The notes below the pieces were generated by a model that made no database searches, had not been told where the DNA came from, and worked only from the letters and a program-made list of their open reading frames with translations. 42,077 nt of DNA, from the NCBI GenBank assembly GCA_051294375.1, contig JBJCIZ010000391.1:1-42077 (forward strand), given 5' to 3'. Source of the DNA: Paraspadella gotoi. Taxonomy: Eukaryota; Animalia; Chaetognatha. A program made the translations under genes and the position numbers. This document shows, in pieces, positions 23,070 through 34,495 of the stretch. Numbering within the stretch: the stretch's first letter is position 1; each line of letters starts with the position of its first letter.

Positions 23070-23070
23070 T
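22460..23070 (+). repeat. Segment X: left flank of the element-2 insertion, duplicated at about 36500-37147
   Basis: tggattcgatctggaatta...gcagctgccctcagc...(AG)n is colinear with 36550-37147, differing mostly by single-base indels. Confidence 0.9.
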
Positions 23071-23071
23071 A

Positions 23072-23412
23072 TGTGGGGTATGTGCCGGAGTGTCGCAGTA
23101 CTAAGGAGTTGTATCTCTTGGGATCAAAGCCGCAGGGAAGGTGAGACATGGATTCGAATTTAATGATTTAATTGTTTATATTGATGAGTTTTTATTGTCA
23201 CTGACTATGTATTTATTACATTCAATGAAGGATTAAAAACGCAATGCTTATCATTAGTGATAAGATTATTTTGTATTAACATTAAGACATTAAAAACCAG
23301 ACTGAAATTCTTCAGTAAAAGATCAATAAAGTAAACATTTTGTTGGGGAGGAGAATTAATTCCTTGTCTGAGTCATCTTCAGGAAATAGGTTAATTTAAC
23401 CGCGAACCAAAA
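23072..23412 (-). repeat. Displaced major part of the 3' LTR of element 2
   Basis: Colinear with 35752 to about 36106; ends at the N gap. Confidence 0.9.
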
Positions 23413-23437
23413 NNNNNNNNNNNNNNNNNNNNNNNNN
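23413..23437. other. Assembly gap (25 N)
   Basis: Run of n characters. Confidence 1.
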
Positions 23438-23881
23438 TGTAGAAGACAGACTGGAGTCACATGACTAAGATGAGTGTATCAGAGATATTCACATTGCAGG
23501 AAAAGTGTGACGGTTTAATCTTTGTTGAATTAGATTAGATTGTTTATTCTTTGTTGAATTATATTCGAAGATAAAATCGGATTTATACCAAATAGATTTA
23601 GATTGGTATCTTGATTGATTCAATTGATTTCTATCAGAGGTTTGAACAAGGGATTTTTCTCATCTTATTTGTAATGTATTGAATTACATTTAGGTGTGAA
23701 TAAAAAGTGGCAAATCTTGATCAGTTTATTTTCAGATGAGATACAAGCAGAGTGAATTAGAAATATCAATCAATAAGGAAAACAATCAAAATCAGATGTT
23801 TTTTCTGGCGGGAAAACATCTTGGGTTTCTCCGGTAAATCAAATGAAAACAAAAGATTTCAGAATATCTGATTTGACTACA
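23438..23881 (-). repeat. Displaced major part of the 5' LTR of element 1
   Basis: Colinear with 9346-9789; begins at exactly the base where 15074-15115 stops. Confidence 0.92.
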
Positions 23882-25561
23882 TAACCCAACTTAATTTTTT
23901 TTACAGCAATTGGATCTTTAATCCATGTTAATGATTCTATGAACTGAGAACTGAGAACTTTACCAATGCTGTGTGAATATTTTATTGGCATTAAGGTAGT
24001 CCAGTGATTGTTGAGAAAACATCGTTTGGTTATGAATTTATTGTTAATGTAAAACTTTTTATTTAATATTTTTTTATTATGAACAGTTTCATTCAAATTC
24101 ACATTAAAAAGTGATTGAAGACTTTGAGACAGATGGCAATCAATAAATCTAAGTTTTATATTATGTTGTTGAAATTGAAAATTATGTACCATCTAAATTT
24201 GTAAGTTAAGTTGTAATAAGTATATAGATAAAATAATAATCTTGTACTTGTTAACTGTATACATCAAATCAGTGGATATGAAAATCAAATGACAAAATCC
24301 TAATGCGACTTTTAAAAATTTTGTATAAAATCTCAGGTACCCACCTGCAGACAGAAAACGAAAATGGAAACTCGTCAAAGTTGTAAAACCAAAATCATCT
24401 ATATTATGCAAAATTACATGTGTAAAACTTTTTAAGGCTGAGTCAACACTTACTCTTGATGACTAAAAATGTTATAATGGACAAATAGACCTGTCGACAA
24501 AATGTGCTGTTCCAGAGATCTAGCCATAAACAGTTAATGAAGAGAGGTCAAATAATAGTAAGAGAGACTTGGTTGTGAATAAAATTTGACCACATGTCGT
24601 AAACAAATAAAAATTCATCTCAAAGACTAATTTTTTATAGCTTTCACTTACAAATGGGGGTGGAACATCTGCCGAGGGTGGGTCATTTGACCTCAGGGAC
24701 GCTAACCAGCAGTTGTATAGATGGGTGGCAGTGAAGTGAAGGATGCAAATCTGTACATCAGGTATTTGTCTTATTGTACCAAGAACTCCAAAAATTATAT
24801 ATCATAAGAATTTTTATGTTCAATTATTTTTGTTCTAAGAGATACCGAAAATAGGTTGGACGACAAATCGACAGAAGAACAAGGGTACACCACGAAGTAA
24901 AACCGAAACCTTTAATAGAAAGCAACAATCTTAACATCCCAGTAACTCGGCCTTTCAAAAATCCCATCTTTATAACCTCAGCGATACCATTGAAGTACCT
25001 TCTTAATGATAAATGATAGCACAGTGATAAAAAAGTTCCCGCGTCAACGATGTCGAATCGACACCAAAGCACGCCGCGAATCCATCAAGAATGTAATAAA
25101 TCTATCTATTAGACATTTAGAACGGGTCGTATCAGGTAAATACAACTATTTGGACTAATTGAAGTTCAACAGAGAAGTAGAACAGTGGAAGAAAAGAAAG
25201 AGTGGAAATGGTGAGGTAAATGAGAAGAGGCAAGAGAGGAGAGAAATAATAATTTTTTCTCTTCTCTCTCCCTCTCCTCTCTTTTCTCACATTTCTAACT
25301 TACTTCTCTCTTCCTCGGTCTTACCTTACCTGTCCTCACATCTGACCACTTCCTTACTCATTCTTTGTTGGAACTTTCGTTGTCTCTCTCTCTCTTTCTC
25401 TTCTCTATCTTCTCACTTGCTGAAACTCCAGCTTTTTGTCATCAACATATCCTCCCATCCTCTCCTCTCAACTTCACTGCTCTTCTCAATATTTTAGCTT
25501 AACCGATGAGTTTACTCTTTGTTTAACTCCTAAGAGTCGAACAGACCAGTCTCTATTCATT

Positions 25562-26630
25562 AAAAGTTTGAGCAAACAATGAGTCGAGATCTGCCACATC
25601 AATATTATCCGTTAATTAATTAATCAATAATTAATTAATTAATATAATTAATAATTGAATTAATTCTAGTAATTAATTAATCATTTAAGTAAGTAGAGAT
25701 TTCAAGATATACCAACAGAGGATTTATCTCAGAAAGTTCACAAGCAAAGGCGCGTTAGAGACAGTTCGTAAGCAATACAGAAACGACGTGGGCTCTCTTC
25801 CGATGATAAGCCCATCTTTCTCATTGTGATTCTCGGTGGTGATTCATCCAATTCAGAGAGTCCTCGGTTGATTTCATCCGAGTCGCCGATCCGGTTTGGT
25901 TCTTGATTCGATTTCAATTTGATTCCGATATTTTTCTCTTTAATTCCGATGCCATCTTCAATGTAATTAAGCAATTAATTAATTAATTTGATCCGAAATG
26001 TTTGTTTTGATTAATAATTAATTGATTAATTAATTATATTAATTATTACTTTGATTAATTACTGATTAATTTGATTATTAATACATCTGCAGATTACATT
26101 TAATAAAAAGGCAAAAAAGCATAATCATTATTAGTAAAACAGGTTTTTGTTTTTTCATTTAAACTCATTTCCACTAAAACTATTCCATCGAAACTTGTAT
26201 TTCCTAGATTCAATCACACACTTTCCTACCCACATTATCAATAATTCTATGTCAATCAGCCCATCCACTTCGATGAGCCAATTGGTGTTCAAAATAAGTG
26301 AATATATTATTTTTTTGTTTTCCAATTAAAAACTCATATTTCCCACTCGGACGATTTCCACTTCAAACTACTATCCCTCTCACACACTTCCTTCCCACAC
26401 ACAAAATTCATTACCAATCCATCCATCCAATCCGGTAGTAAGTGGATTTTTGTGTAGGTGGGACGGACAGACAGACGGACGGAGGACATCTTTTTTTTTT
26501 TTTTGCATATTTATCATAATTCGGTATTCTGACATATATAAGTGTGTGCCCGACAATATTGAGGGGGGACCGACGGACCGTAAGTGATTATAGAGTCGGA
26601 TCTGCTGTATAAGCAGATCCGACTTAAAAA
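25562..26630 (+). mobile_element. Non-autonomous Helentron/DINE-1-like interspersed element, copy A
   Basis: Inverted homolog at 28720-29512; internal ~165-bp subrepeat, (TAAT)n tracts, (GGAC/AGAC)n microsatellite, terminal perfect 13-bp hairpin followed by TAAAAA. Family assignment rests on architecture only. Confidence 0.55.
26594..26624. other. Perfect 13-bp hairpin AGTCGGATCTGCT-GTATA-AGCAGATCCGACT
   Basis: Arms 26594-26606 and 26612-26624 are exact reverse complements. Confidence 0.9.
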
Positions 26631-28446
26631 TCGTCTATAAAAAATAACAACAATACACTTTTGTATTTAATATTTATGTATAATAAGAAATAGCAACTAT
26701 CTCTCTTCTCTCTCTCTTTCTCTCCTTCTTTCTCTCTCCTCTCTTTCTCTCTCTCTCTTTCTTATAACCTACTAATGTTACGAAGAAATAAAGATTTTTT
26801 TTCTGCGCGACCATAAAGCAGTGGCAACTTGGGATTAACGTTAGTAAAACCATCAGTGTCACAGAGATAGGATACGTAATAATTATTCAGTACAAGTTAT
26901 GCTACATTAGGTCAATGTTTGCTTTTACCAAAAATTCTATACTGAAAATTTTCATTATGTATTTCTTACATAGTTGTATTCATTACGTATGTATTCTCCC
27001 ATTTTTTTATCTGCCTATCAACATTTTTTAGTTAAAAACACGGTAGGCACTGTTTTTAAAGCGATCAACGCGGAGTGAGATTCGCGTCATACCTCCTTAT
27101 GTGTAGAGACACTATGCTTTGAAGAGGCAATGTATAAAGAGGTGATGAGGCCGGAATGAATTATTTCGCGTTGTGAGAGAGATGAGAGCTGTGATTACTT
27201 CACAGGCAATGATTGGCTGAATGAATCATTTTCACAAAGTTTGACGAATTTTTATTTTTTGACCCCCTGGATGACACAGACCCCTTAATTCAAAAAGAAG
27301 TGAAAAACAGGTAAAGACAACCTCTTTTTTGAAGTATTTTGAATTGACTTGAATAATTTAAAAGCTGTTGAGAAATAATCATTTTATTCTGTCTTAGGAG
27401 GTCATATTACTTATTAAAACTTATCTATTAGCCAAAAATATATTTAACCGCGACACTTTTTTTTTCCATCATGGTACATGATAACAAACTTTTATACATT
27501 TTGTTGTTTTATTAATGACAATTTTAAAAAACTATAAATTCAGCCATGAGATGATGATTTTTAAGGTTTTTTCTATTTTTAACCAATTTATTGTCAAAAT
27601 TTAAAAAAAACATTGTAGTATTAACTTTATTTAACTTTTCAGGTCTATAAGAATCCGTTCTTGAAAAAAAGCTTCAGAGCACAATCAATGAACTAATTCA
27701 AAAAGTTGCATTGAAAATCCATTTAATATAGGAAAGAAAAAAAAAAATTTTTTTTGAGAGAACTAGAAGTTATAAAAAGTGTTTGGCCTTTGCACGCGAA
27801 TCTCAGAACGCTGTCTTCATCAAGAATCCATTTCAGAGATCATACAAAACTGAGAGCGACACCCGAACCTCAAAGAAGAGGCCATCGCAGAGGATCTCCT
27901 CAACGGAGCGGCTCAGAGGCCAAATCAATGCGGTACAGGGAAACATGGAGTTGGAGAAGCGAGAGTTTGGTCAAGCAGGTCAAAGCCAGCATCAATTCCT
28001 CTTTTTCCTCGTTAAAGAGTCAGGCTTCAGATGATGTGTTCTTTTCTCCGGGATGCAGAAAGGGGGAGGGAGCGACATCCCACGGTGAGCAAAATTATCA
28101 ATCAGTTAGGCTTGTAAAATAGATAGCCCAAGGATAATCATGGTGATAGGGATAGTTTACAAAACGAGCTAACTCCAGTGATGTCGTCAACCTCAAAAAT
28201 TAAATTTGGATTAAATCATCTTTTTTTCTTAAACGCGTCATTCTTCTTAATTCGCGGGGAGCAGACTAGTTTTAAACGTTCTTAAAAATGATTTTATTGA
28301 TTTATATCAGCACATATTAGATTTTTTATATCTCCAAGCCTTAACTGTGTGTCCCAATGTTGCTTCATAGTTTCGGTGGTAGTATGACTTTTTTCTGTGT
28401 GGTGTAGTGGTAGTATTTCATACCCCACTACTTCGTCCGAGCAAGC

Positions 28447-28620
28447 GCAGCACTATGGCGCGGAGTGTAGCCGAGGTTCCTCCAACCCAAAGAATCTGGG
28501 TTCGCGCCCCTGCTTGATTCAACAAGTAAAAGCGGGACGGGCGTCTAACCCACTGTAGTGGTCGGACTACACGCCGATCCGAAGTTCGGGACCTTGTGGT
28601 GCAACGGACGGTAAACTGCT
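28447..28620 (+). mobile_element. Possible tRNA-derived SINE head (degenerate A and B boxes)
   Basis: TGGCGCGGAGTG followed by GGTTCGCGCCC at tRNA-like spacing, within a GC island. Confidence 0.3.
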
Positions 28621-28719
28621 CGCGGCAAATCGTCTTCCGAAGTGGTTTGAATGTTTAAGTTTATTTTTTTTTCCATGTACTAATAAAAAATTGTTAAATG
28701 CAGTATGTCTATCTTTAAA

Positions 28720-29512
28720 CTGTTTGTCTGTTCTGTCCGTCCGTCCCACCTTAGCAAAAAAACATCCATTTACTCGTGATTGGAATGGATGGATTGAATG
28801 AAAATTTTGTGTGTGGTAGTGTTTGTGATTGAGTTGGATATAAGTTTCGATGGAATCGTGGAGTGGAAATGAGTTTAAATGGAAAAAAACAAAAAATAGA
28901 TTTCACTATTTGAACACTATTTGCTCATGAGTGGATGGGCGATTGACTTGAAATTTTGTATGTGGTAGGAAGTGTGCTTAACTGGAAATCAAGTTTCGAT
29001 GGAATGTTGAGTGGAAATGAGTTTAAATGGAAAAAACAAAAACCTGTTTCACTGATTATTTTCTTTTTCCTCTAGTATTAAATGTATCATGCAAGATTAG
29101 TATAAATTAAATAAAAAAAAATATTATTCAGTAATAATTAATCAATTAATTAATAAATAATTAATCGGTCAATCATCGATCAATTTATATTCAATCAAAC
29201 AATTATATTTAGTTATCTATCAATAATTGTTCATCAAATCAATTTATTTTATAAATTAATTAATTATTTAATCAATTAATATCAATCAAGTCAATCTTTA
29301 TCGGCATTATTGTCGCCATCGCATCATTCGTCGTTGTTGCCGTTATCGTGGTCAGTGACCGAAAAGATATAAAAACAAACATTTGAATCAAATAATTAAT
29401 TTATTAATTAAAATATTATTTTAGTTTATATAGTTTATCTAATTAATTCATAATTAATTAATTAATTACCGCTAATGATCGTGGTCAGATCGACAGTTGT
29501 TTGCTCAAACTT
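28720..29512 (-). mobile_element. Helentron/DINE-1-like element, copy B (inverted; hairpin end not seen)
   Basis: gtccgtcccacc, aagtttcgatggaat, gtggaaatgagtttaaatg and ttgtttgctcaaactt are reverse complements of motifs in 25562-26480. Confidence 0.55.
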
Positions 29513-29533
29513 GTTTACATGCTTTTTCCCTTT

Positions 29534-29571
<38 letters not shown>

Positions 29572-30556
29572 TCTCTCTCTCTCTCTCTCTCTCAATATCA
29601 ACTTTAAACTACTAAATTTATGTAATTCATACAAAGCACTGATGAGAACGAAATGACGTTCGAAACATGTCTGCTCTTACAAAAATAAAATTCGTTGGGA
29701 AAAACTAAAAAAAAATGTTATTTCGTCTAAGATATAGAGTCGTACTGTGATTTTATCTTGAAAGAAAACAGTATGAAGTAAAGTAATGAGTTAAAAATAC
29801 TAATTGGAAAAGAGATCACGAAAAAATAGAAATAGAGTGAGAGGCACAGCAAAATTTTTATAAAAGTCTGAATACCAGTGGTAAAATAATTATTATAAAA
29901 AGTATTCTGCATGAAGACAGAATAAAGCTTTAAATCAGAATTATGCTGAAATTTACAAATGCCAAAGTTGGAATCTTACATCAAGGCTCCGTTGTTTGCT
30001 CAATATTTCATAAAAAAAAAGTATACTAGCAATTGGAAAAATTAATAAAATGTTAATTAAGTTATAACTTTTATACCGTTCATTATCAATACATCTACAT
30101 AATCATTTAATATTTTCACCAATTTTTGGCGAGAATTTTTGTCACTCGATTGCTTTTTATATTTTTGACCAACTTCTGAAAAATGAAAAGGTTGGTGACT
30201 GCGATGGGGCAGAAATCAAATTAGAAAGTGAAATCAAAAGTAAAATAACTCAATATATTAATCATAACTGGTTGTAAAAAGTTTTATTTGTTTGGTCAGT
30301 CGAAATAGAATTTTATGAGAAAAATATTTTTAAAAAATAAGATCTTAGATTTCCTAACTTGAACAAAAGGTGAATCTGAATTTTTGTTATGACTTTGGTT
30401 AGTCTACATGAAACCTATCCATACAAACGTCGAAAAAAGTGAATCCCTAAAAAGAACAAAATGATTCATACATTTATGAAATAAAACGACCAATTTGATT
30501 CTTGTAAAAGGTCAATGGTTCCAAACCGTAGATCTTAAAAATATATTTTCACGTCT

Positions 30557-30595
30557 AGGTTTCAAAATCATATAAAGTAATTTTCGTGAACCATA
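30557..30595 (-). repeat. 3' LTR of element 2, PPT-proximal ~39-bp piece
   Basis: aggtttcaaaatcatataaagtaattttcgtgaaccata matches about 36106-36146. Confidence 0.85.
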
Positions 30596-30602
30596 TCCCC
30601 CC
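30596..30602 (-). promoter_or_regulatory. Polypurine tract of element 2
   Basis: Minus strand GGGGGGA abutting the LTR piece. Confidence 0.8.
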
Positions 30603-30712
30603 GTGTTTAAATATGAACTCTTGCATATTTATACAAAAAATAAAAAATGAACGAAAATAGATTTTGTAACATACAAATAACAGTTAAAATACTATTTAAT
30701 AAATGTGTTCTC

Positions 30713-33700
30713 TCAGTTGTTGTTGTTGTTTTCATTCTGCTGGCGTTGCAGTAACTCCTTGAGCACAACTGCATATGTTGGGCGATCTCCGATGTTGTAG
30801 ACTTCACTTGAACAGTTTTCAGGCGTCGGCTTCGAAAATCTACACGTTGGCTCAATTTTTCTCTTTTCGAAGTTGTTGTTGTGATTTTCCTCCTTCTCGT
30901 TTCGAGGTGGATTCCCTTTGCGTGGAGGCCTGGTGGAAGGGGAAGATGGGAGCAAAAAAGAAGAAGGTGGTGGGGGTGGGTTGGGGGAGGTTGGGGGAAG
31001 GTTGGGAGGAATCGGGGAAGGAGGATGAGGAGGGGAAGGAGGAGGAGGAGGAGGAGAAGGAGGAGCCGCGCGTCTAGTCGAAGATCGGGTTTTTCGAGTT
31101 GTTGGCTCTGGTTGTCGCGTCTTGACGCTTGGTCGATGGCCAGGGATTCTTTTGGGGCGTGGCTCGGGAAGGTTGGGAGGAGGAGTAGGAGCCGGAGGAG
31201 GAGGAGGAGGAGAAGGAGCCGCGCGTCGACTTAAAGATCTGGTTTCTCGGGTTGTTGGCGCCGGTTGTCGTGTCCTGACGCCTGGTCGACGGCCGGGCAC
31301 TCTCTCTGGGCGTGGCTCAGGATCTTCTACCTCTTGCTCGTCGTTGCTGATCCATGCTGGTTTTACACGGGCCACGTTGACGGTTTCGCGTCCTCTACTT
31401 GGGATTTCTATAGTCCAATTTAATCCATTTCGCTGGACGACTCGATACGGGCCCTCGTATGGTGGGACCAGTGACGGCTGCACTCCTCCTCGGCGGACAA
31501 AAACGTATTTGGCTGATTCAAGGTTTACCGGAAGGTGCACTGCTGGTTGTCGATGAGCGGAGGTCGGGGTCGGCTGTAGACGGGCGACTTCGACTCGGAG
31601 ATCTGAGAGTTTTTTCCTCCGTTGTTGATTCAATGCGGTATCGTCGGATTGGGCGTCGCCGAGCATGCTCCCGGGTATGCTTATCCCTTCGCCGAATACA
31701 AGGTCGGCTGCAGATGCCCCGACGTCTTCCTTAATGGTTGTCCGAATCGCAAGTAGCGTCATCGGTAATTTCCAAAACCATTGGTCTCTCTCTTCGTCCG
31801 CCAAGGCGATGAGTGATTCTTTCAGCCTTCGGTGAAAACGCTCGACTAATCCATTAGCCTGCGGGTGGTAGGCCGTGGTCGTTTGGTGCCTTATGCCCCA
31901 TTGCTTCGTCAACTGGCGCCATAGAGCTGAGCCAAACTGGCTGCCTCTATCTGTTGTAATTACAGCTGGCGTGCCGAAATTGCTGATCCATTCCAGGCTT
32001 AGTGCGTCGAGGATGGTTGGAGTGAGAGTATCTCGAATCGGTATTGCTGCTGGCCATCTGGAAAATCTGTCGACGATGGTCAACAGATGGGAAAATCCAT
32101 TCGATTTTGGCATCTTAACGAGATCGAGGTTGATGTGTTGAAACCTTTTTGGCGGAATTTTGAACTCGCCTATTTCTGGCACAACATGTCGAGTGATTTT
32201 GGCCTTTTGACAGCTGGCGCATTCCCTGGCCCACTTGGTGACGTCTTGCCTCATGCTGTTCCAAACAAATTTTGCTGCCACAGCCTTGCGAGTTGCTTCG
32301 ACGCCTGGGTGTCCAAGACCATGGATGACGTTGAAGATTTTTTGGCGCCAAGACATCGGGACAAAGGGTCTTGCTGGGCCGTTAGATACGTCGACCAACA
32401 GCTCTTGGCTGCCAACTCGAATCTTCCTGAAGGTCAATCCGGATCTGGCATCCTCCGAGATCTTCTGGAAATCCGGATCCAGTGCCTGCTCTTTCGCCAT
32501 CTGCTCGAAGTCGACTTCGTAGCTGGTGAGCGATGCAATGACCGCTTGAGCATCTTCTAATCGATCTGGTTTGATTTCCCGCTCCAGTGGGTCGTCGACT
32601 CGCGCTTTATCCGGCGCTGTCGTTGAAGTTTTACTTCCCTCGTCGATTTGCGGCGTTGTTGCTGCAGATGACAGAATGTTGGGCCGAGACAGGGCGTCGG
32701 CTACGACGTTAGCTTTACCCTTTAGGTATCTAATGTCAGTTGTGAACTCTGCAATTACGGATAACTGGTACGATTGCCTCATTGTTTGTGGTTCCGTTTT
32801 TTTGCGAATTGCTGTCACTAGACTCTGGTGGTCTGTGTACAGTGTGAAAGATCGACCTTCTACCCAGTGACGAAAATGCCTCACTGCTCTAAAGGCTCCG
32901 AAAAGTTCTCTGTCAAACGGTGGCCACAGTTTCTGGTTCTTAGCAAGCTTTGCCGAGAAAAAGGCTAGTGGCTCCCAGCCCTTTGGCCCTCGCTGCTCCA
33001 GAACTGCACCGACGGCGTGGTCGGACGCATCTGTAGTAATACAGAGTTGGGCTCCGGTTCGAGGGTGGTGGAGTAGCGCCGCTGAGATCAAGCCTTCCTT
33101 GATCGCTTCGAAAGCATTCTCGCAGTCGCTCGTCCACTCTAATGTCTTTGGCTTTCCACTGAGCGCCTCATAGAGGGGAGCACATCGGTGGGCGACCTTG
33201 GGTATGAATCTCCGGTAGTAATTTATCATACCCAAGAATCGTTGGAGCTCCTTGATGGATGTAGGTCGTGTGGTTTCTTTCAGGGTTTGAACTCGGCCTG
33301 GTAGGGGACGAACGCCGTTCCTGTCCACGAGAAATCCAAGGAACTCTATTGACTCCTGTCCCAGCAGGCACTTCTTGGTATTTACAACCAATCCGTTCGC
33401 ATCGAGTGCCTTGAAAACCTTCTCCAGATCCTCGAGATGCTCCTCAGGGGAGGATGAAGCGACGAGTATATCGTCCAAATAGACGAAAGTATGGGGAATA
33501 TCCCCAAGTATTTCGTCCATTAAACGCTGAAAGTCCTGCCCAGCGTTTTTCAAGCCAAATGGGCATCGAGGAAAAACATACAAGCCAAACGGTGTGATTA
33601 CCGCCGTCTTCTTGACGTCGTTGGGGTCCACCGGAATCTGGTGGTAACCCTTAAGAAGATCTATCTTGGAAAATATTGTTTTTCCCTCCAGTTGGGCATT

Positions 33701-34495
33701 GAAGTCTGTTAGCAGTTTCACTGGGTACTTGTCATCGACGGTCTGTGAGTTGAGCCGCCGATAATCACCGCAGCATCGCCATCCTCCATCAGGTTTGGCG
33801 ACCACATGGAGGGGCGATGACCATTCTGATTTGCCCCGTTTCGCGATGCCTAAAGAGACCATCTTTTCTAACTCGCGTTTTGCTATAGCAAGCTTCTCCG
33901 CGTCCAGTCGACGAGCTCGTGACTGACAAGGGCGGCCTTCGGTAGGGATCGAGTGCGTCACACCGTGCTTGGGCTCCTTGAGCTCGAAAGTTGGCGTTGA
34001 CAATGAGGGAAACGATTCGAGTAATTTGTAGTACTTTTCGCCCTTTCTATCGACGAAATTGACATGGGCTGAAATTTCCGTGGAGATTGACGCCGCTATT
34101 GTAGAATAGTCGCGTAGATCAAGCAGTAAGCCGTCGCGGTGGTTCGGTGCCAGGTAGTTTTCCGCCAGGAAGTCTGCGCCAAGGATGTTTTGCTTAACAT
34201 CAGCTACGACGAAATTGTAATCAAACTTGCGGTCCCCGAGTTGTACAGTTTTTTCCGCTGTTCCGTAGCAGTTTATTGGCGATCCATTGGCCGCCTGAAG
34301 TTTCATATGCGGGTCTGGCCCGCCGCTGCGCTGCTGCAGCGTCGGGGGAATAATCGAGAGCAGTGCACCACCATCGACGAGCCACTTGGTCCTATCGCCG
34401 GCGTCTCTAATGTAGAGGAGGTCGTTGTTTGCCGGTGAAGAGCTTGGCTCCTGGGGGACGGCGTTCACCTGCGCCGGCCCCCTTTGGAGTTTCCC
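30713..34495 (-). CDS. pol: Pol polyprotein (PR, RT, RNase H, IN, Pro/Arg-rich tail), Gag-Pol by -1 frameshift
   Basis: ORF 30713..34468 with LVDGGA, YLDD, TTDASD, ADALSR, HGLGH..CASC, DDE and YEGPY motifs; extended upstream to the GGGAAAC slippery site. Confidence 0.95.
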   Translation of the reverse strand, partial: GKLQRGPAQVNAVPQEPSSSPANNDLLYIRDAGDRTKWLVDGGALLSIIPPTLQQRSGGPDPHMKLQAANGSPINCYGTAEKTVQLGDRKFDYNFVVADVKQNILGADFLAENYLAPNHRDGLLLDLRDYSTIAASISTEISAHVNFVDRKGEKYYKLLESFPSLSTPTFELKEPKHGVTHSIPTEGRPCQSRARRLDAEKLAIAKRELEKMVSLGIAKRGKSEWSSPLHVVAKPDGGWRCCGDYRRLNSQTVDDKYPVKLLTDFNAQLEGKTIFSKIDLLKGYHQIPVDPNDVKKTAVITPFGLYVFPRCPFGLKNAGQDFQRLMDEILGDIPHTFVYLDDILVASSSPEEHLEDLEKVFKALDANGLVVNTKKCLLGQESIEFLGFLVDRNGVRPLPGRVQTLKETTRPTSIKELQRFLGMINYYRRFIPKVAHRCAPLYEALSGKPKTLEWTSDCENAFEAIKEGLISAALLHHPRTGAQLCITTDASDHAVGAVLEQRGPKGWEPLAFFSAKLAKNQKLWPPFDRELFGAFRAVRHFRHWVEGRSFTLYTDHQSLVTAIRKKTEPQTMRQSYQLSVIAEFTTDIRYLKGKANVVADALSRPNILSSAATTPQIDEGSKTSTTAPDKARVDDPLEREIKPDRLEDAQAVIASLTSYEVDFEQMAKEQALDPDFQKISEDARSGLTFRKIRVGSQELLVDVSNGPARPFVPMSWRQKIFNVIHGLGHPGVEATRKAVAAKFVWNSMRQDVTKWARECASCQKAKITRHVVPEIGEFKIPPKRFQHINLDLVKMPKSNGFSHLLTIVDRFSRWPAAIPIRDTLTPTILDALSLEWISNFGTPAVITTDRGSQFGSALWRQLTKQWGIRHQTTTAYHPQANGLVERFHRRLKESLIALADEERDQWFWKLPMTLLAIRTTIKEDVGASAADLVFGEGISIPGSMLGDAQSDDTALNQQRRKKLSDLRVEVARLQPTPTSAHRQPAVHLPVNLESAKYVFVRRGGVQPSLVPPYEGPYRVVQRNGLNWTIEIPSRGRETVNVARVKPAWISNDEQEVEDPEPRPERVPGRRPGVRTRQPAPTTRETRSLSRRAAPSPPPPPPAPTPPPNLPEPRPKRIPGHRPSVKTRQPEPTTRKTRSSTRRAAPPSPPPPPPSPPHPPSPIPPNLPPTSPNPPPPPSSFLLPSSPSTRPPRKGNPPRNEKEENHNNNFEKRKIEPTCRFSKPTPENCSSEVYNIGDRPTYAVVLKELLQRQQNENNNNN
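34434..34495 (-). promoter_or_regulatory. -1 frameshift signal (G GGA AAC, 6-nt spacer, putative pseudoknot)
   Basis: Canonical X XXY YYZ heptamer in the gag frame; stem GGGGG-C-CGGCG/CGCCG-U-CCCCC; loop GGUGAA pairs with downstream UUCACC. Confidence 0.8.

Noticed and set aside
15116-23437. A nested 8.3-kb mobile element inserted in LTR1
   Set aside because: No terminal repeats or TSD, and the interleaving with LTR2 is incompatible with simple nesting.
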